In this document: positions 39,875 to 52,600 of the stretch, in pieces | How the letters are laid out: each line of letters starts with the position of its first letter | Position numbering within the stretch: the stretch's first letter is position 1 | From: Callorhinchus milii | Lineage: Eukaryota | NCBI RefSeq assembly: GCF_018977255.1 | Contig: NW_024704760.1 | Location: 434,168 to 498,000, forward strand | Length of the DNA stretch: 63,833 nucleotides | Direction: 5' to 3' | Translations under genes and position numbers: made by a program | The notes under the pieces: generated by a model | Seen by the model: only the letters and a program-made list of their open reading frames with translations | The model's database searches: none | What the model was told of the DNA's origin: nothing

Positions 39875-40288
39875 GAGCTGGAGATGCAGGCTCGTGCCCA
39901 CGGGCTGTCCACAGGCTCGGGGCTGGTGGGGGCCGAGCTGTCCTGCCCCTTCATTAAGCCGGAGGAGGCGGTGGAACCGGTGGAGGAGAATGTGATGGAT
40001 GGGGTGCAGCCCCCACAGCCCTCGGCAATAGTATTGCCACCAACGCTGGACTTTGGCCAATCGCTGGAGTTGGGGGAGAGCGGGCTGGGCTTCCCCGAGA
40101 CCCTTGGCCACTTTGCCGACCTTTCCTTCGGGGCCACTCCGCGGCGGGATTACGAGCTGGACGCGATGCTACTGGACACCATGTCTCCCCTCGGCCGAGA
40201 CCCCCTGCTCTCCTCGGGCTCCCCTGCGGCCTCCAAAACCAGCAGCCGCCGGAGCAGCTTCAGCATGGACGAGGCCGACATCGTGTGA
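39875..40288 (+). CDS. TFEB: TFEB terminal coding exon (454 aa in total)
   Basis: atcag| ELEMQARAHGL...DTMSPLGRDPLLSSGSPAASKTSSRRSSFSMDEADIV*; TFEB-type C-terminus. Exon lengths sum to 1365 nt. Confidence 0.95.
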   Translation, partial: ELEMQARAHGLSTGSGLVGAELSCPFIKPEEAVEPVEENVMDGVQPPQPSAIVLPPTLDFGQSLELGESGLGFPETLGHFADLSFGATPRRDYELDAMLLDTMSPLGRDPLLSSGSPAASKTSSRRSSFSMDEADIV

Positions 40289-40521
40289 GGCAAACCAGCT
40301 GCCAGCGGCGATCACCATCACGCTCTCCGGGCCTCCTGCCGCTGATGGTGTTGACCTAACGGGAAAGTCATCCTTTTGTTCCCCGAGCGTTTCCCAAACG
40401 CCTCCGACTCCTCCTCTCGGCAAGTCATCCCGGATTCCCCCGCCCGCTGGTGTTCCCAGATTTGACACCATCGCTCGCTCTCTCCCGGCCGCTCCTCAGC
40501 CCATATGCACAGAACATCTCT

Positions 40522-40822
40522 GGGAGTCCAGTAGCTCAGTGGTTAGAGCCCTCTCCAGCGAGAGGACCTGGGTTTGATTCCCGGGCGGGTCAGGGTAAAA
40601 TGTTTGGGAAGTTTCCTTACTCCACACGCACACACGCCTCTGTTTATCCAGCAGTCAGCAGGAACCCACTTGTTAGTCGATTGGCGGATCACTTTCCGGG
40701 GGTAATAATCTCTTCAAAAAAATAATAATAATTTGTCACTCAACCCATGACTGTCTGTGGGGACTCTGCTGTGTTTCACCCACAAAATATACAGTCAATT
40801 CACTTTACATTATATTCTGTGT
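40522..40822 (+). mobile_element. tRNA/CORE-like SINE in the TFEB 3' region
   Basis: gggagtccagtagctcagtggttagagc head, CORE-like middle, truncated tail. Confidence 0.8.
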
Positions 40823-42820
40823 AGCCTGGCTGGCTGGTGGGAGGGGGCGGAGGGGGGAGAGAGAGGTCTATATGAGCTAAAATGTATATTTATTTCAAAT
40901 TCAAACCAATCAATAGTGAAAAAAATACAATTGTGTAACAAATCTAAATAGTAAAAATGGGTCTTTTTATAATTGTTGTTTAACACCTTTAGGGAGGCTG
41001 GAGGAGGCAGCCCCCAGTCCCGTCCCCCCCATTTCTCCGCACTCCTTAATCCCCTCACTTCCCCAATCCCCGTGTTTCTCAGCCGTCCCTCCAGCTCCCT
41101 GATATAGATGCCATGTCCTGGGGCAGCACTGAGTTGTGCCGAAGCTCCCGGTTTTCCTGCCGCTGATGGTTTCTATCTGATAGGAAAGTTAGTGTTTTAT
41201 TCCCCGAACGCTCCTACACATCACAGGAGGATTGAAAATCCAGTGGAAATGGTGGAAGAGGAATGGAACGGTTAGGCTCTTGCGGTAGAAATCCTGGGAA
41301 TAATGTGGTGGTTTGGAGGGTGGCGGTGGGAGGGTTGGGGGTGGGTGGGGGGTGAGGGAATTTCTATCTGTGTTTTTAAGATATCCGGTTTGTAAATGTG
41401 TATAAATCTGTAAACCGAACGGCCAATCTCAGCAAACGACTCTCACGCCACACGCCCAGAATTCCAGCTGGGAATTTGGGCCGTTCCTTGTGAAGAGAGC
41501 AGAAATCCCCTGAATTTATTAATTTTCTACAACTTTTTTGCTCAGTTTTATATTCGAAGGCCAAATGGTCTCACAGACTGAGACTAGGTAGAATTCTGGG
41601 CCTTGGCAATTCCCCCTCTCCCCCCCCCCCCTCCCCCCGAGAATATCCAAACGATTATTTGGGGAAAAATGACTGACTTATTTTTTAAAAAGTTTTCAAA
41701 TAAATGATTATTTTAAAAACTTTGGATTTGATTTAGAGCATCGCGAGAGCGGCCAGATTCCTTCCCTCCTTCCCTCCCTCACTCACTCCCTCTCTCCTGT
41801 CATTCCCCTCCCTCACTCACTCACTCACTCCCCCCCCCTCACTCCCCCTCTCCTGTCACTCCCCTCCCGTCCCTTCGACATTTCTGTCAGAGACGAAGCG
41901 CCAGTGTTGACTGGTGGCATGAATTACTGATAGTTTTATCTGTGATCTGATCCGCAAACGATTAATGCCCGGGGGGGGGGGGGGGGGGGGAACGGGTGGG
42001 GAGGAATGGGGGGGAGGGGGGGGAGAGATTGTGCTGACTCGTCAGATCCATGTTCCGTTTCATGAGAAGAGAAAATAGTGAGATTTTCCAATCTTTATAA
42101 AATATATTGTTTTATTTGAATTCCTGTTGTGCTGTTCCTTTGTTTTTCTTTGGAGGTGGATTCAAGCGTCTGGGGGTGGGGGTGGGCTACCCTGCGTGGG
42201 GGGGCTACCTTGCGTGGGGGGGGCTACCCAGCGTGGGGGGGGCTACCCAGCGTGGGGGGGGCTACCCTGTGTGGGGGGGGGGGCTACCCTGCTTGAGGGG
42301 GGGATTATATAAATGCAAGTTGTTATTCCTGACTGAGTGGAACCCGCCTGAGGTTTACCTATGTCACATCTTCCACGTTGGGAGGACATCCCAAAGCCCA
42401 TCACAGGCCACACTGTAAAGTGTAGTGACTGTGTATTCGGTTGTGTCCATGTGGGAGCTTCTAATCCAATGGGAACTCCCTCCACTCCAGGCTTCTGTCC
42501 TTGTGTCTGTGCCTGAACCGAAGCCCAGAGACCAACTCCGCGCTTCATGTGGGAATGCTGTCGAAGCGCCTGTCCACCTGCAGGAGGCGGTGTTGCTCCA
42601 CGCACAAAACTTTAGTTAAATAGTGCTGCCGCCTGGGGGCGGAGCAGGGACACTGCAGGACACTGATGAGCCAGAGGTTATTTTATAAAAATGCAAAGAA
42701 CTTAAAGTCTCCAACATTGATGAAAGGACCAGACTGAGAGTTTCCAGCATTTATTTTCTGCCTTTGTTTGTAAATTTCTAGTTTAACAACTGGACCTAAC
42801 ACAGCCCTCAATTCAGGGCT

Positions 42821-43260
42821 TGTAGAGGAGCGTTACTGTGTCTGTAACCCTGACCTGGGAGTGTGGACGCACAGTGTAGAGGAGCTTTACTGTGTCTCTA
42901 ACCCTGACCTGGGAGTGTGGACGCACAGTGTAGAGGAGCTTTACTGTGTCTCTAACCCTGACCTGGGAGTGTGGACGCACAGTGTAGAGGAGCTTTACTG
43001 TGTCTGTATCCCTGACCTGGGAGTGTGGACGCACAGTGTAGAGGAGCTTTACTGTATCTCTAACCCTGACCTGGGAGTGTGGACGCACAGTGTAGAGGAG
43101 CTTTACTGTATCTCTAACCCTGACCTGGAGTGTGGACACACAGTGTAGAGGAGCTTTACTGTATCTCTAACCCTGACCTGGGAGTGTGGACGCACAGTGT
43201 AGAGGAGCTTTACTGTGTCTCTATCCCTGACCTGGGAGTGTGGACGCACAGTGTAGAGGG
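42821..43260 (+). repeat. 54-bp minisatellite, about 8 copies
   Basis: Unit tgtagaggagctttactgtgtctctaaccctgacctgggagtgtggacgcacag. Confidence 0.95.
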
Positions 43261-45889
43261 AGAGGAGCGGGCTGACTCCACATTGTGAAGTTGTGACCTT
43301 GGTGGAATTTAATATATGCGATTTCTGCAATTTCTCTTTTCCCAATTAACGTTGATGCAGATGACATATCCCGGCATTTGGAGAAAAATCTCCTGATAAA
43401 TCAGGCTGGAAATATATTTTTCACTGATTAATTGGGAATCATCAACGGGGGAAAAAATCATGTAGTTTAATTTTTTTTTTAATGTTTAAAATCGGCTGTT
43501 CTTAACTCTCTATTTGAGAACTGCAGGTTCCGTCATTCCCTTCCGCAGGACAGGTACCAGATACCAAGGGGAGAGAGTAGCACGGAGTAGAGAGCTCCAG
43601 TGGGGGAGCGAGCCCCAGCACAGACACGATGGGGAGAGAGAGATTAGGGAATGGGGTTAGAGTAGAGAGCTCCAGTGGGGATAATTTAATCCTGAAAAAT
43701 ACAGAATCATAAAATCACCCGATTTTTAAAAAAATCTAGAGTTGTTATAAATATATACTGTGTATATATAAGAAGTAACTGAATCCGATGTGGTATAATT
43801 CAGTAACCAACCCGTTCCTATGGTTCAGTGGTTAGCACGTGATGCCTGCGAAATGTATGAAAACATTCAGCAGCGATTTCCGAAAGATCATTTACCATCT
43901 GAGGAATATCCATCGGGAAGAAAATTAATATCTTTTTACTGAAAGAATTAATTATATAATTTATCAGTGCTGGGGCCTGAGCACCTCTCACAGCTGATTA
44001 AGTGGGAATGAAGACCTACTTCTTTCACAAGCTCCTGTTTTACATTGAACCCTGAAAATACTGGTCTCTCTCCCTCTCTCTTTCTTTCTCCTTCCTCTCC
44101 CTCCCACTCACCTCTCTCCCCTTCACTCCCTCCCTCTCTATTCCTCTCTTCCTCCCCCCGCATCTCTCTTGCGCCCCCACTCTCTCCCTCTTCCCTCTCC
44201 TACCCGCCCACAACCCCCACCCACCCCCCCACCCCCGCCTCCTCTCCCGCGCGCTCTCGCTCCATCTCTCACATTCTTTTTCTCTCACTCTCTCTTGGAT
44301 CACATGGGTGTAGCGCTCTGAGACGCTGTGTGAAGGGCGCTATACAAATGCAAGTTGTTGTGGAATTGCTGTCACTCTCACACTGCTCAAGTGGTGCTGA
44401 TGAGACTGTGTGTTACTGGTGAGTTGGAGGCAGACTGACATATTGTCACAGTGACTGATAGTGAATGACTTTCACACTGAGAAAGGAATTGTCAACATAA
44501 ACGGGAGCTTTGGCCCCACTGCCTGCAGAGCGTTCCGCGGGTTTAACCCCTTCAGGGTCTCAGCCCGGCTCAGGTGGTCTCACCGTCAGGCTAGCAGAGT
44601 TGGTCAGAGGGAGAGAGTGTGAACATGAGTGTGACTTGAGTGTGAGCTCAGAGTGAGGCAAGCCGTGCGTGTGAACACTCCATGACAGTCAAGCCGCGGA
44701 GACGCCGGCAGTAAATGTTGGGGATTAAGCCGAACACTTTGTAATTAAATCTACATTGACATCTCGCTAATTAGCTCCTTAATTACAATCTAATTCCCGT
44801 CAAATCCTCAGCTAATTGTTAATTACAATTAGTGGCAATTACTCGGGTTTTCGTAAGAACCAACGAGACGCCAATGACTGGCTCTGGGTTTGTGTCCTGT
44901 GCCCCCTGCATCCCTGTGTGATCAGCCTCAACTCAACAATCAGCACAGCCCCCACCGCCACCCCCCGCCCTCCTCCTCCCCCACCCCCCCCACCCCCCCA
45001 TCCCCCGGGGCTTGGGCCAACCTCTCTCACTCTCACCGAGGGGGGAGGGCTCATAGCTGTGGGTTATACTCTCTGTCATGGTTTTTGAGCTCACAGCCAG
45101 CGCCGTGGGCCCCTCACATGTCATTTGTTGTTGCTGACGTGTCAGTGCAAGTTCTTAACCCGGGATCCTTAACTTCCATCAGACAGACTGCGAGCAGCCG
45201 GGGAAACGTTAGAGACATTTATATTCTTGAAACTTTAAAATGAGATGTGAAGGGTGAGAATGAGGCTTTCCCCCCTTCCTCCCCACCTCTCACCCGTCCT
45301 CTCTACCCCCATTCCCCCATCCCCCCCACTTTACCCATCGCTGCCCCAGAACACTCAGTCCTGTCTCGCTGATTAACAGCAGTCTGTGATTCTCCAGCTC
45401 ACACTCTGCAGCGTCAGCTACAGTTTGTTCTGTAAGAAAAACAGCAGCGACATGACTGCAGCCTGGAACGTCTCACAGTAAAAGCAGGAAATTCTCCCTG
45501 GAAATATCCAGCTTCAGTCAGCAAAATCTCCCGTCTCCTTCTCTGCGCTGTAACTGTGGGCCTGTGGGCAGGAGCTCTGTTGTTAGTGATGGGGTGATGG
45601 TTTGAGCAGAGCAGAGGGGAGGGGAGGCTGGTACTGCTGGGAGGGAGGGAACAAGGAAGCTCCTGCTTGTTTAGGTTTCAGGACGGAAACAGATGTGTGC
45701 GGTTTTGCAACAGGAAAACGGGTTTTATTACTCCATCAACCCCAGTGTTTGCCAAAGGCACGAACACACACGCATATCTGGGCTCCGCACACACTGCCCC
45801 CCAACCCCAGGCCCCCAAGTCTCTAGGTCCCCCCCATCCCCAAGACCTCAGCCCCCCAACTCCCAGCTCTGCAGGTCCCAGCCTTACTG

Positions 45890-46090
45890 CCTTTACTGTG
45901 TCTCTAACCCTGACCTGGGAGTGTGGACGGACGCACAGTGTAGAGGGAGCTTTACAGTGTCTCTAACCCTGACCTGGGAGTGTGGACGGACGCACAGTGT
46001 AGAGGGAGCTTTACAGTGTCTCTAACCCTGACCTGGGAGTGTGGACGGACGCACAGTGTAGAAGGAGCTTTACTGTGTCTGTATCCCGAT
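45890..46090 (+). repeat. 59-bp variant of the 54-bp minisatellite, about 3 copies
   Basis: Same unit with an extra ggac and g. Confidence 0.9.
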
Positions 46091-46494
46091 GTCACCTGAT
46101 CACAGTGTTTTTCTCCAGTGTAAGAGGATCTCTGTGCCCTCGCTGTGGGGAATGTGAATTCCAGCCACTTTGATCCGATCGGCACTGTTGTTTTTTCTAC
46201 GTCTGAGTCCCAAGAATTTATTTTAAAAAATTCTCAGAAAAATGCCCAGAAACAACATTCTATGGCACAAACTGTGGCTGTTTCATTAGTTTTCACAGTG
46301 AAAGCTGAGCAGGCAGTGCAGGGCGGTGTGAGTTACCTGAACATAGCCCTCCCCCCCACCAAGATTTGTCCATTGCTTCTTCCCCCTCGTAATTTACCAA
46401 TTTACCTCCTGCATTGTCTGCAGTGAACCCCCACCCCTTTCAACGGGACATCTAGCGGCGGTGGGGTGGTTCACAGCAATCCCCAACCCTCAGG

Positions 46495-46823
46495 CAATGG
46501 GGTTAGAGTAGAGAACTCCAGTGGGGGAGCGAGCCCCAGCACAGACACCATGGGGGGAGAGAGAGCAGAGGATGGGGTTAGAGTAGAGAGCTCCAGTGGG
46601 GGAGCGAGCCCCAGCACAGACACCATGGGGGGAGAGAGAGCAGGGAATGGGGTTAGAGTAGAGAGCTCCAGTGGGGGAGTGAGCCCCAGCACAGACACCA
46701 TGGGGGGAGAGAGAGCAGGGGATGGGGTTAGAGTAGAGAGCTCCAGTGGGGGAGCGAGCCCCAGCACAGACACCATGGGGGGAGAGAGAGCAGGGGATGG
46801 GGTTAGAGTAGAGAGCTCCAGTG
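46495..46823 (+). repeat. 75-bp minisatellite, about 4.4 copies
   Basis: Unit ggggttagagtagagagctccagtgggggagcgagccccagcacagacaccatggggggagagagagcaggggat; gives the 25-aa periodic pseudo-ORF. Confidence 0.95.
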
Positions 46824-47477
46824 GCAGTGTGTGTGTGTGTGTGTGTGATCACAGGGTGGTGATGACTGGCTGAATGGCCTCCAGCACTGGACTGTGTTGC
46901 TCTCACAAACTGATGTGGAGCAGCTGCACTACCCCGATACCACCACCGGGAGGCGGCAGATACACACAGTGAGACTGTTGCCTCTCTCTGTGAGTCTCAG
47001 CTGCTGAGCTGCGGAGTGAAGACTGGTGTATAAACAGCCGTCCCTCCTGTCACTGTTTAGGTGCTGGGCTCAGGATGATGCTGATTAGCAGCAGTCAGCT
47101 GTTGGGTGGCTGTGAGGCCAGAGAAAGGGGGTGGAGACCTGCCCTCTCTTCCCCCCCCCACCTGCCCCCCACCACTCAGCCAGCCAGGCTCCGCTCACAC
47201 TGACCGCCCCCAGGCACCGAACCCACAACTAAGACCCCTTTACCAGCGGACGCCTTCTTCATCCGAATCCCTCTCGTGATCCCGGACCCCTAGCATTCCG
47301 TGATCATTCCCTAGCAGAATGTTTCCCGTCACTGAGCTGGTATCGGTGACGACAGGCTGGAGCCTGATCCCAGCTTGTGGGGGTGTGGAGGAGAGGGAGG
47401 GGGTTACCTATCGAATAACTGGAGCACAATGTATATATGTGTATGTATTGTATATAATAATGTATATAGAAAAATCA

Positions 47478-47778
47478 TTCTTGCATTTGACACAGCGCCT
47501 CATCACGTTGTCGAGACGTCTCAAGGCGCTTCACAGAATATACAGTAAAGTGAAGTGACTGTTTTTGTGGGCGAAACATGCAGCCAGTTTGCACACAGTA
47601 GCGTCCCACACACAGGCGTGGAGTAAGTGATCAATTTTATTTGGGGGTTTGTGGGCCAGGACACTGAGAGAGAGAGAGAGAGAGAGAAACTCCCTTCTTT
47701 TATGGAATAGTGCCGTGGGAGATGTTTAACATCCAGGCAGACGGAGCCTTTATTTAATGTCTCATCCCAAGGATGGAG
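47478..47778 (-). mobile_element. Deu-domain SINE fragment (Deu domain plus shared tail)
   Basis: Reverse strand ccttgggatgagacattaaataaaggctccgtctgcctggatgttaaacatctcccacggcactattcc resembles the AmnSINE1/SacSINE1 Deu domain. Confidence 0.65.
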
Positions 47779-49431
47779 TCTCCTAATATATATATAAATG
47801 ATACACACAAATCTCTCTACATATACAGTGTATAAATACATACAAGGGTAATGATCTCAATCTGCATTTAAGTATCCAACACTACAGATAAAACCTTGGG
47901 AAAAATCTACTCTTGATCACAAGTTGTTGCCCTTTGGATGAGAGAGTGAGATCGTGTGTGTGTGAGAGGAAGAGAGAGAGAGGAGAGGTATTGTTAAGAG
48001 GTTGTATAGAATTAATAACGGGCACATAAAGTGCTGGATGTGACTTACAGACTGCTGAAATTGCCTCCCGCTGTCATTAAAATTACACGTAGCTTCCTGG
48101 TAAAGTGTATCTTTAGCCGAGTTAATGAAATTCTCTGCTATTTGGCTGTTATAATGAGTGGAAGACTCCTTTCAATTCCCTGCAGCGTACCTGCTGTGGT
48201 GAAGGCTGTGCCATCTATTTCTGGGCTTTAATTTAGCGCTTGATTCCCGGTAATGACTGTCCTGTAGGTGATATATTGAAATTAACCTTCATTTCACTCC
48301 AAGGAGCAGGAGCTGACAGCCACAGCACTTTCCCTTACACAAAGGCCAATTTCTCTCTCGTGTGTTTTACAAAATCATTCAAAGTGGCAAACGGCAGGTT
48401 TATGAACAGATCTTCAATGCTTCAGAATTTATTCCCGGTCTCGGATTCTGACTATTCTTTCCTCAGGGAATTGCCCCCGGCTCAGACACCAGCGGGCTCT
48501 CACCTCCAGCTCAAAAAAGGTGGGTTCGAACCTGCCCCCCACCCCCAATCCCTTCCTGCTACCTTCCACCCCACACCTCACGGACTTTGATAACAATAAT
48601 AATACTGTACTTCCATTTAATATACCACCTTATGTCATTGAGACGTCTCAAAGCGCTTCACAGAATATACTGTAAAGAGTAGTAACTGTGTATTTTGTGG
48701 GCAAAACGCAGCAGCCAATTGTGCACAGCAGCGTCCCCACAAACAGTCGTGGATTGAGTGACCACATTATTATTATTATTTTTGGGGGAGGGATTATTAC
48801 CCTGGAACGTAATCCATGAGTTGACTAACGAGCAACAACAACAAGATTATATTTGTATAGCGCCTTTCATGTCGGGAGGACGTCCCAGGTTCCTACTCGA
48901 TGCTCGGTGGGTGTGGGGGAGCGGAGGAGGGGTGGAGGAGGGGGTGGCGGGTTTTGTCCATTACCTCGACTGGCGCAAAATGTCTGCCTACAAAATACAC
49001 AGTCAATACACCTCCCCACACATGAGCACTCCAGCCTGTCACATGGGCCGTAGTGTCTGCGAGGGCTGGGGGGAGGGGGAAGGGGAGGGGGGGTCTGTGT
49101 TATGACAGGAGGCAGACAGGCTGTGGAGACGCAGTGTGAAACCCTGTGTTTTCCCCTGTATTACTGTGATAAAGGCTTTATTATTGTCACACAGTCAGCG
49201 GGCTCCAGTGTATAATCATCGCTGTCACTGCCAGCCAGGGGGTGAGCTGGGGGGTGGGCCGGTGGGGGGGCGCTGCCAGCCCCTGCCGAGCCTTTCAGTG
49301 CTGAGCGGTGGGTGTGAGCGCGAGGCTTAGTGAGCGCATCTCCATAACCAGCATCGATTGTCTGCAGATCCTCACATCACATGAGCCACAGAGTCTCCCA
49401 TCGCTTTCCCCTTCACTCCAACAGGTACCAA

Positions 49432-49641
49432 CCACTCCCAGGTCAGAGTTAGAGACACAGTAAAGCTCCTCTACACTGTGCGTCCACACTCCCAGGTCAG
49501 AGTTAGAGACACAGTAAAGCTCCTCTACACTGTGCGTCCACACTCCCAGGTCAGAGTTAGAGACACAGTAAAGCTCCTCTACACTGTGCGTCCACACTCC
49601 CAGGTCAGAGTTAGAGACATAGTAAAGCTCCTCTACACTGT
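49432..49641 (-). repeat. 54-bp minisatellite, about 4 copies, inverted relative to the 42.8 kb array
   Basis: Reverse complement of the same unit with a ccctg to ctctg variant. Confidence 0.92.
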
Positions 49642-52600
49642 TTAACCTGTTGTTCTCAAATAGCAACCGGCTCCAAATTATTATTCATCAAATTGAAGAA
49701 TTCTCCACAATTGTTCCGCGAAGCGCTAACTTTCCTCACTGGACACAGAGAGATCTGCAACTCACCGCGTGTCATATCGATCAGTTAAAATCTTTCGAAT
49801 AATTTACATTCGTCAAAGGACAAAATTCGTTCTGAGCTGACAGCGGTGTTACAGGCTTCTACTCCCCACGATTTCTGTTAGATGCTTCAGAATTGATGTA
49901 CATTTACAATGATAATCATGCCCAGCATCTAATACAGCACTTGTTCACATTAAAACGTCTCAAAGCGCTTCACAGGGAATTGCTGTCAAGTGTAGTTCTG
50001 TATATTTGTCGGTAAACCTGGCAGACAATTTGCGTACAGCGAGGCCTCCGCACACAGCGAGCGATGAGCCGAGTGACTGTTTTTTATCTGGGGGGGGATT
50101 GTCGGCCAGGACACCGGGAGCCAGAGAGAGAAGCTCCCTTGTCCTTTTCCAATAAAGTCACAGGGTCTTTAACGTCCGTCCCAAACAGGCACAGACTGGA
50201 GCTCGGATTGTTTTGTCCAAAAGACAATTTCTCAGACCATTTGCCGGCGACCACCCCCTCCCACCCCACAACCCCCGGCCGACAATCGCCCAGAGGAGAT
50301 GATTAGTCATTCACTTCATGGCTGTTTGTTTGTTTGTTTGTTCGTGGGACAGGTACAAAACCCTTTAGAGTAAAGTGTAAAGTGAATTGACTGTATATTT
50401 TGTGGGCGAAATACAAAAAATACACACACATACACAGATTTCCCAAACACACACCTTTGTCCCTTTTAAACATCCCGATTGACTCTCCCCCCTCAGTCTC
50501 TAATGTTTGATTCTCTCACCAGCCTAAGAAATTGTTCCTGATCTCACGCCTCGCTGTCTTAGCTCTGATTTGAAGATTGTTTCTCCCTGTAGAGCCAGTC
50601 ACTCGGCAACCTGTCTGTCTCTCTGTCTATCCGTCTGACTGTCTGTTTCCTTCATAATTTGAGGCACTTCAATCACATCAGTCCTGATCCACCTCAGTTT
50701 TGTGTGAAATCATTAATTAATATTCCAAACAGCAGACTGGCTTCATTCTTTAAGAAGATGTGGAGAGAGAGAGAGAGAGAGAGAGTTACTCTAACGACTT
50801 ACTGTGAATAAATTGGGTGACTTTACACAGAGCGGGGAGCGTGTGGAGTCAGGGCTGCAGTGAGTTGAGGCACATTGTGTTGGCAAATTCAAGAGGGATT
50901 CGGGCAGTGACACGGCCTGAGTGACAGGTAATAAATAATCAAACCATGTGTGTAGTTCTCCCCCAACATGGGAACATGGTAACACGGGAACATGGGCACA
51001 TGGGAACATAGGACTACAGCATGAGAACACAGGAACATAGCAGGCCAATCCTGCCCCATGAAAGATAACCTCAGCCTCTCATTATTGGGACATAGAAACA
51101 GGAGGAGGCCATTCAGCCCGTCGAGCCTGTTACACCGTTCTATAAGATCTTGGGCTTTTTTGTACCTCAATTTGAAATACCCTCCTTTGCCCCAAATCCC
51201 TTGATGCCCTAACCTAACAGAAATCGCAGCTCAGCAATGTCTCAAACGACTTCACAAGGAGTGAAGCGTAATGACTGCCGAGTGTCGTGACTGTATAATT
51301 GTCGGGAAACGAGCGTGAGTGACTGAGAAATTGCAGAAGCTTCTATTCTATGAAGGTCTGTCTCTGTATCTGCGTGAGTTGTGTGTTTCTGTGTGTGTGT
51401 GTGGGTGTGTATCTGTGTGTGTGTACATCTATCTGTGCGTGTGTATCGGTATGTGTGTATCTGTGCGTATGTGTGTGTATCTGAGTGTGTGTGTTTTTGT
51501 ATGTGTGTATCTGTGCGTATGTGTGTGTATCTGAGTGTGTGTGTTTCTGTATGTGTGTATATTGGGGATGTTGGGTGCTGGTTGTCCCTGTGTATATACA
51601 CACCCGTGTGTGTCACTGGCTGGTCGGGGCGGGGCTGGGTGTCAGCTCGTTGGGAGACGGTGATTTTAATTCTGGTGTGAAGCTCCCTCGCTCTGTGCTG
51701 CTCTGTGACTGAATGAAAAGGTCGGTTTGTTAGCACAATGGCTGAGAAATTAGTGGTGGAGTCGGTGGATTGTTCCCCAATCACACTTGTCCAAACAAAG
51801 CCTTTTAGGCTTTTGCCTTTAGAAAAAAAAACGTCAGTGAATAAAAAAATAAATTACAGGTTTGAGCCATCAGGAAGCGTTTACAGTGTGACACCTTCAC
51901 ACACTCTCCCCCCCCCCCACCACCATGTTCGCCCTGACTTACAACACTGAGAGCGAACGGGAGCCAACAGACATTCAGACCTGAGGTGACTGTTACCCAC
52001 TGACTGGAGCTGGGCCCTGGCTCTGTGTCCGGCCAGGAATCACAACCAAACTGTTGGTCAAAACCTCTGGACAAACTGTTCCAAAACATCACTGATTCAT
52101 TCACTCCTGAGTCACAGTGAAGCCGCTCACTCACTCAACCCCCTCCCTCACCGAGCCCCAGTGTTAGAGGCAGCACAGAGGAGAGCCAGGGCGAGGCTGA
52201 TAGTCCAGTGCAGCGCTGGGGGATTGGGGAGCTGAGGGGCTGGAGAGATGGGACACTGGGGAGATGGGGGGGGCTGGGGCCTGGGACAGGGTGCTGGGGG
52301 GGTGGTGGCTGGGAAGATGGGGGGCTGGGTGCTGAGGGGCTGAGTGCGGAGCTGTGCATTGCTGGAGTCACCATGCTTCAGATGAGATGTTAACCTAAGG
52401 TCCCGTCTGTGCCCAGTCCAGGTGGACATTACACACCATTGGGTTGAGTTTCCTATTGGCACGGTGTGTGTGTGTGTCGGTCTCTCGCTCTCGGCCTGTG
52501 TTTCACTGTCTGAGCCACACTCTCGCCTCCAGCAAATCTTAGTCAATATTATGTCCTCTCGGTTTTCACTGGGGTGTTCAAAGCAAACACACGCTCCCCA

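Noticed and set aside
42813-43345. Regular repeats resembling a CRISPR array or repeat protein
   Set aside because: Contiguous 54-bp units with no spacers, vertebrate context, no cas genes; 18-aa periodicity follows from unit length.
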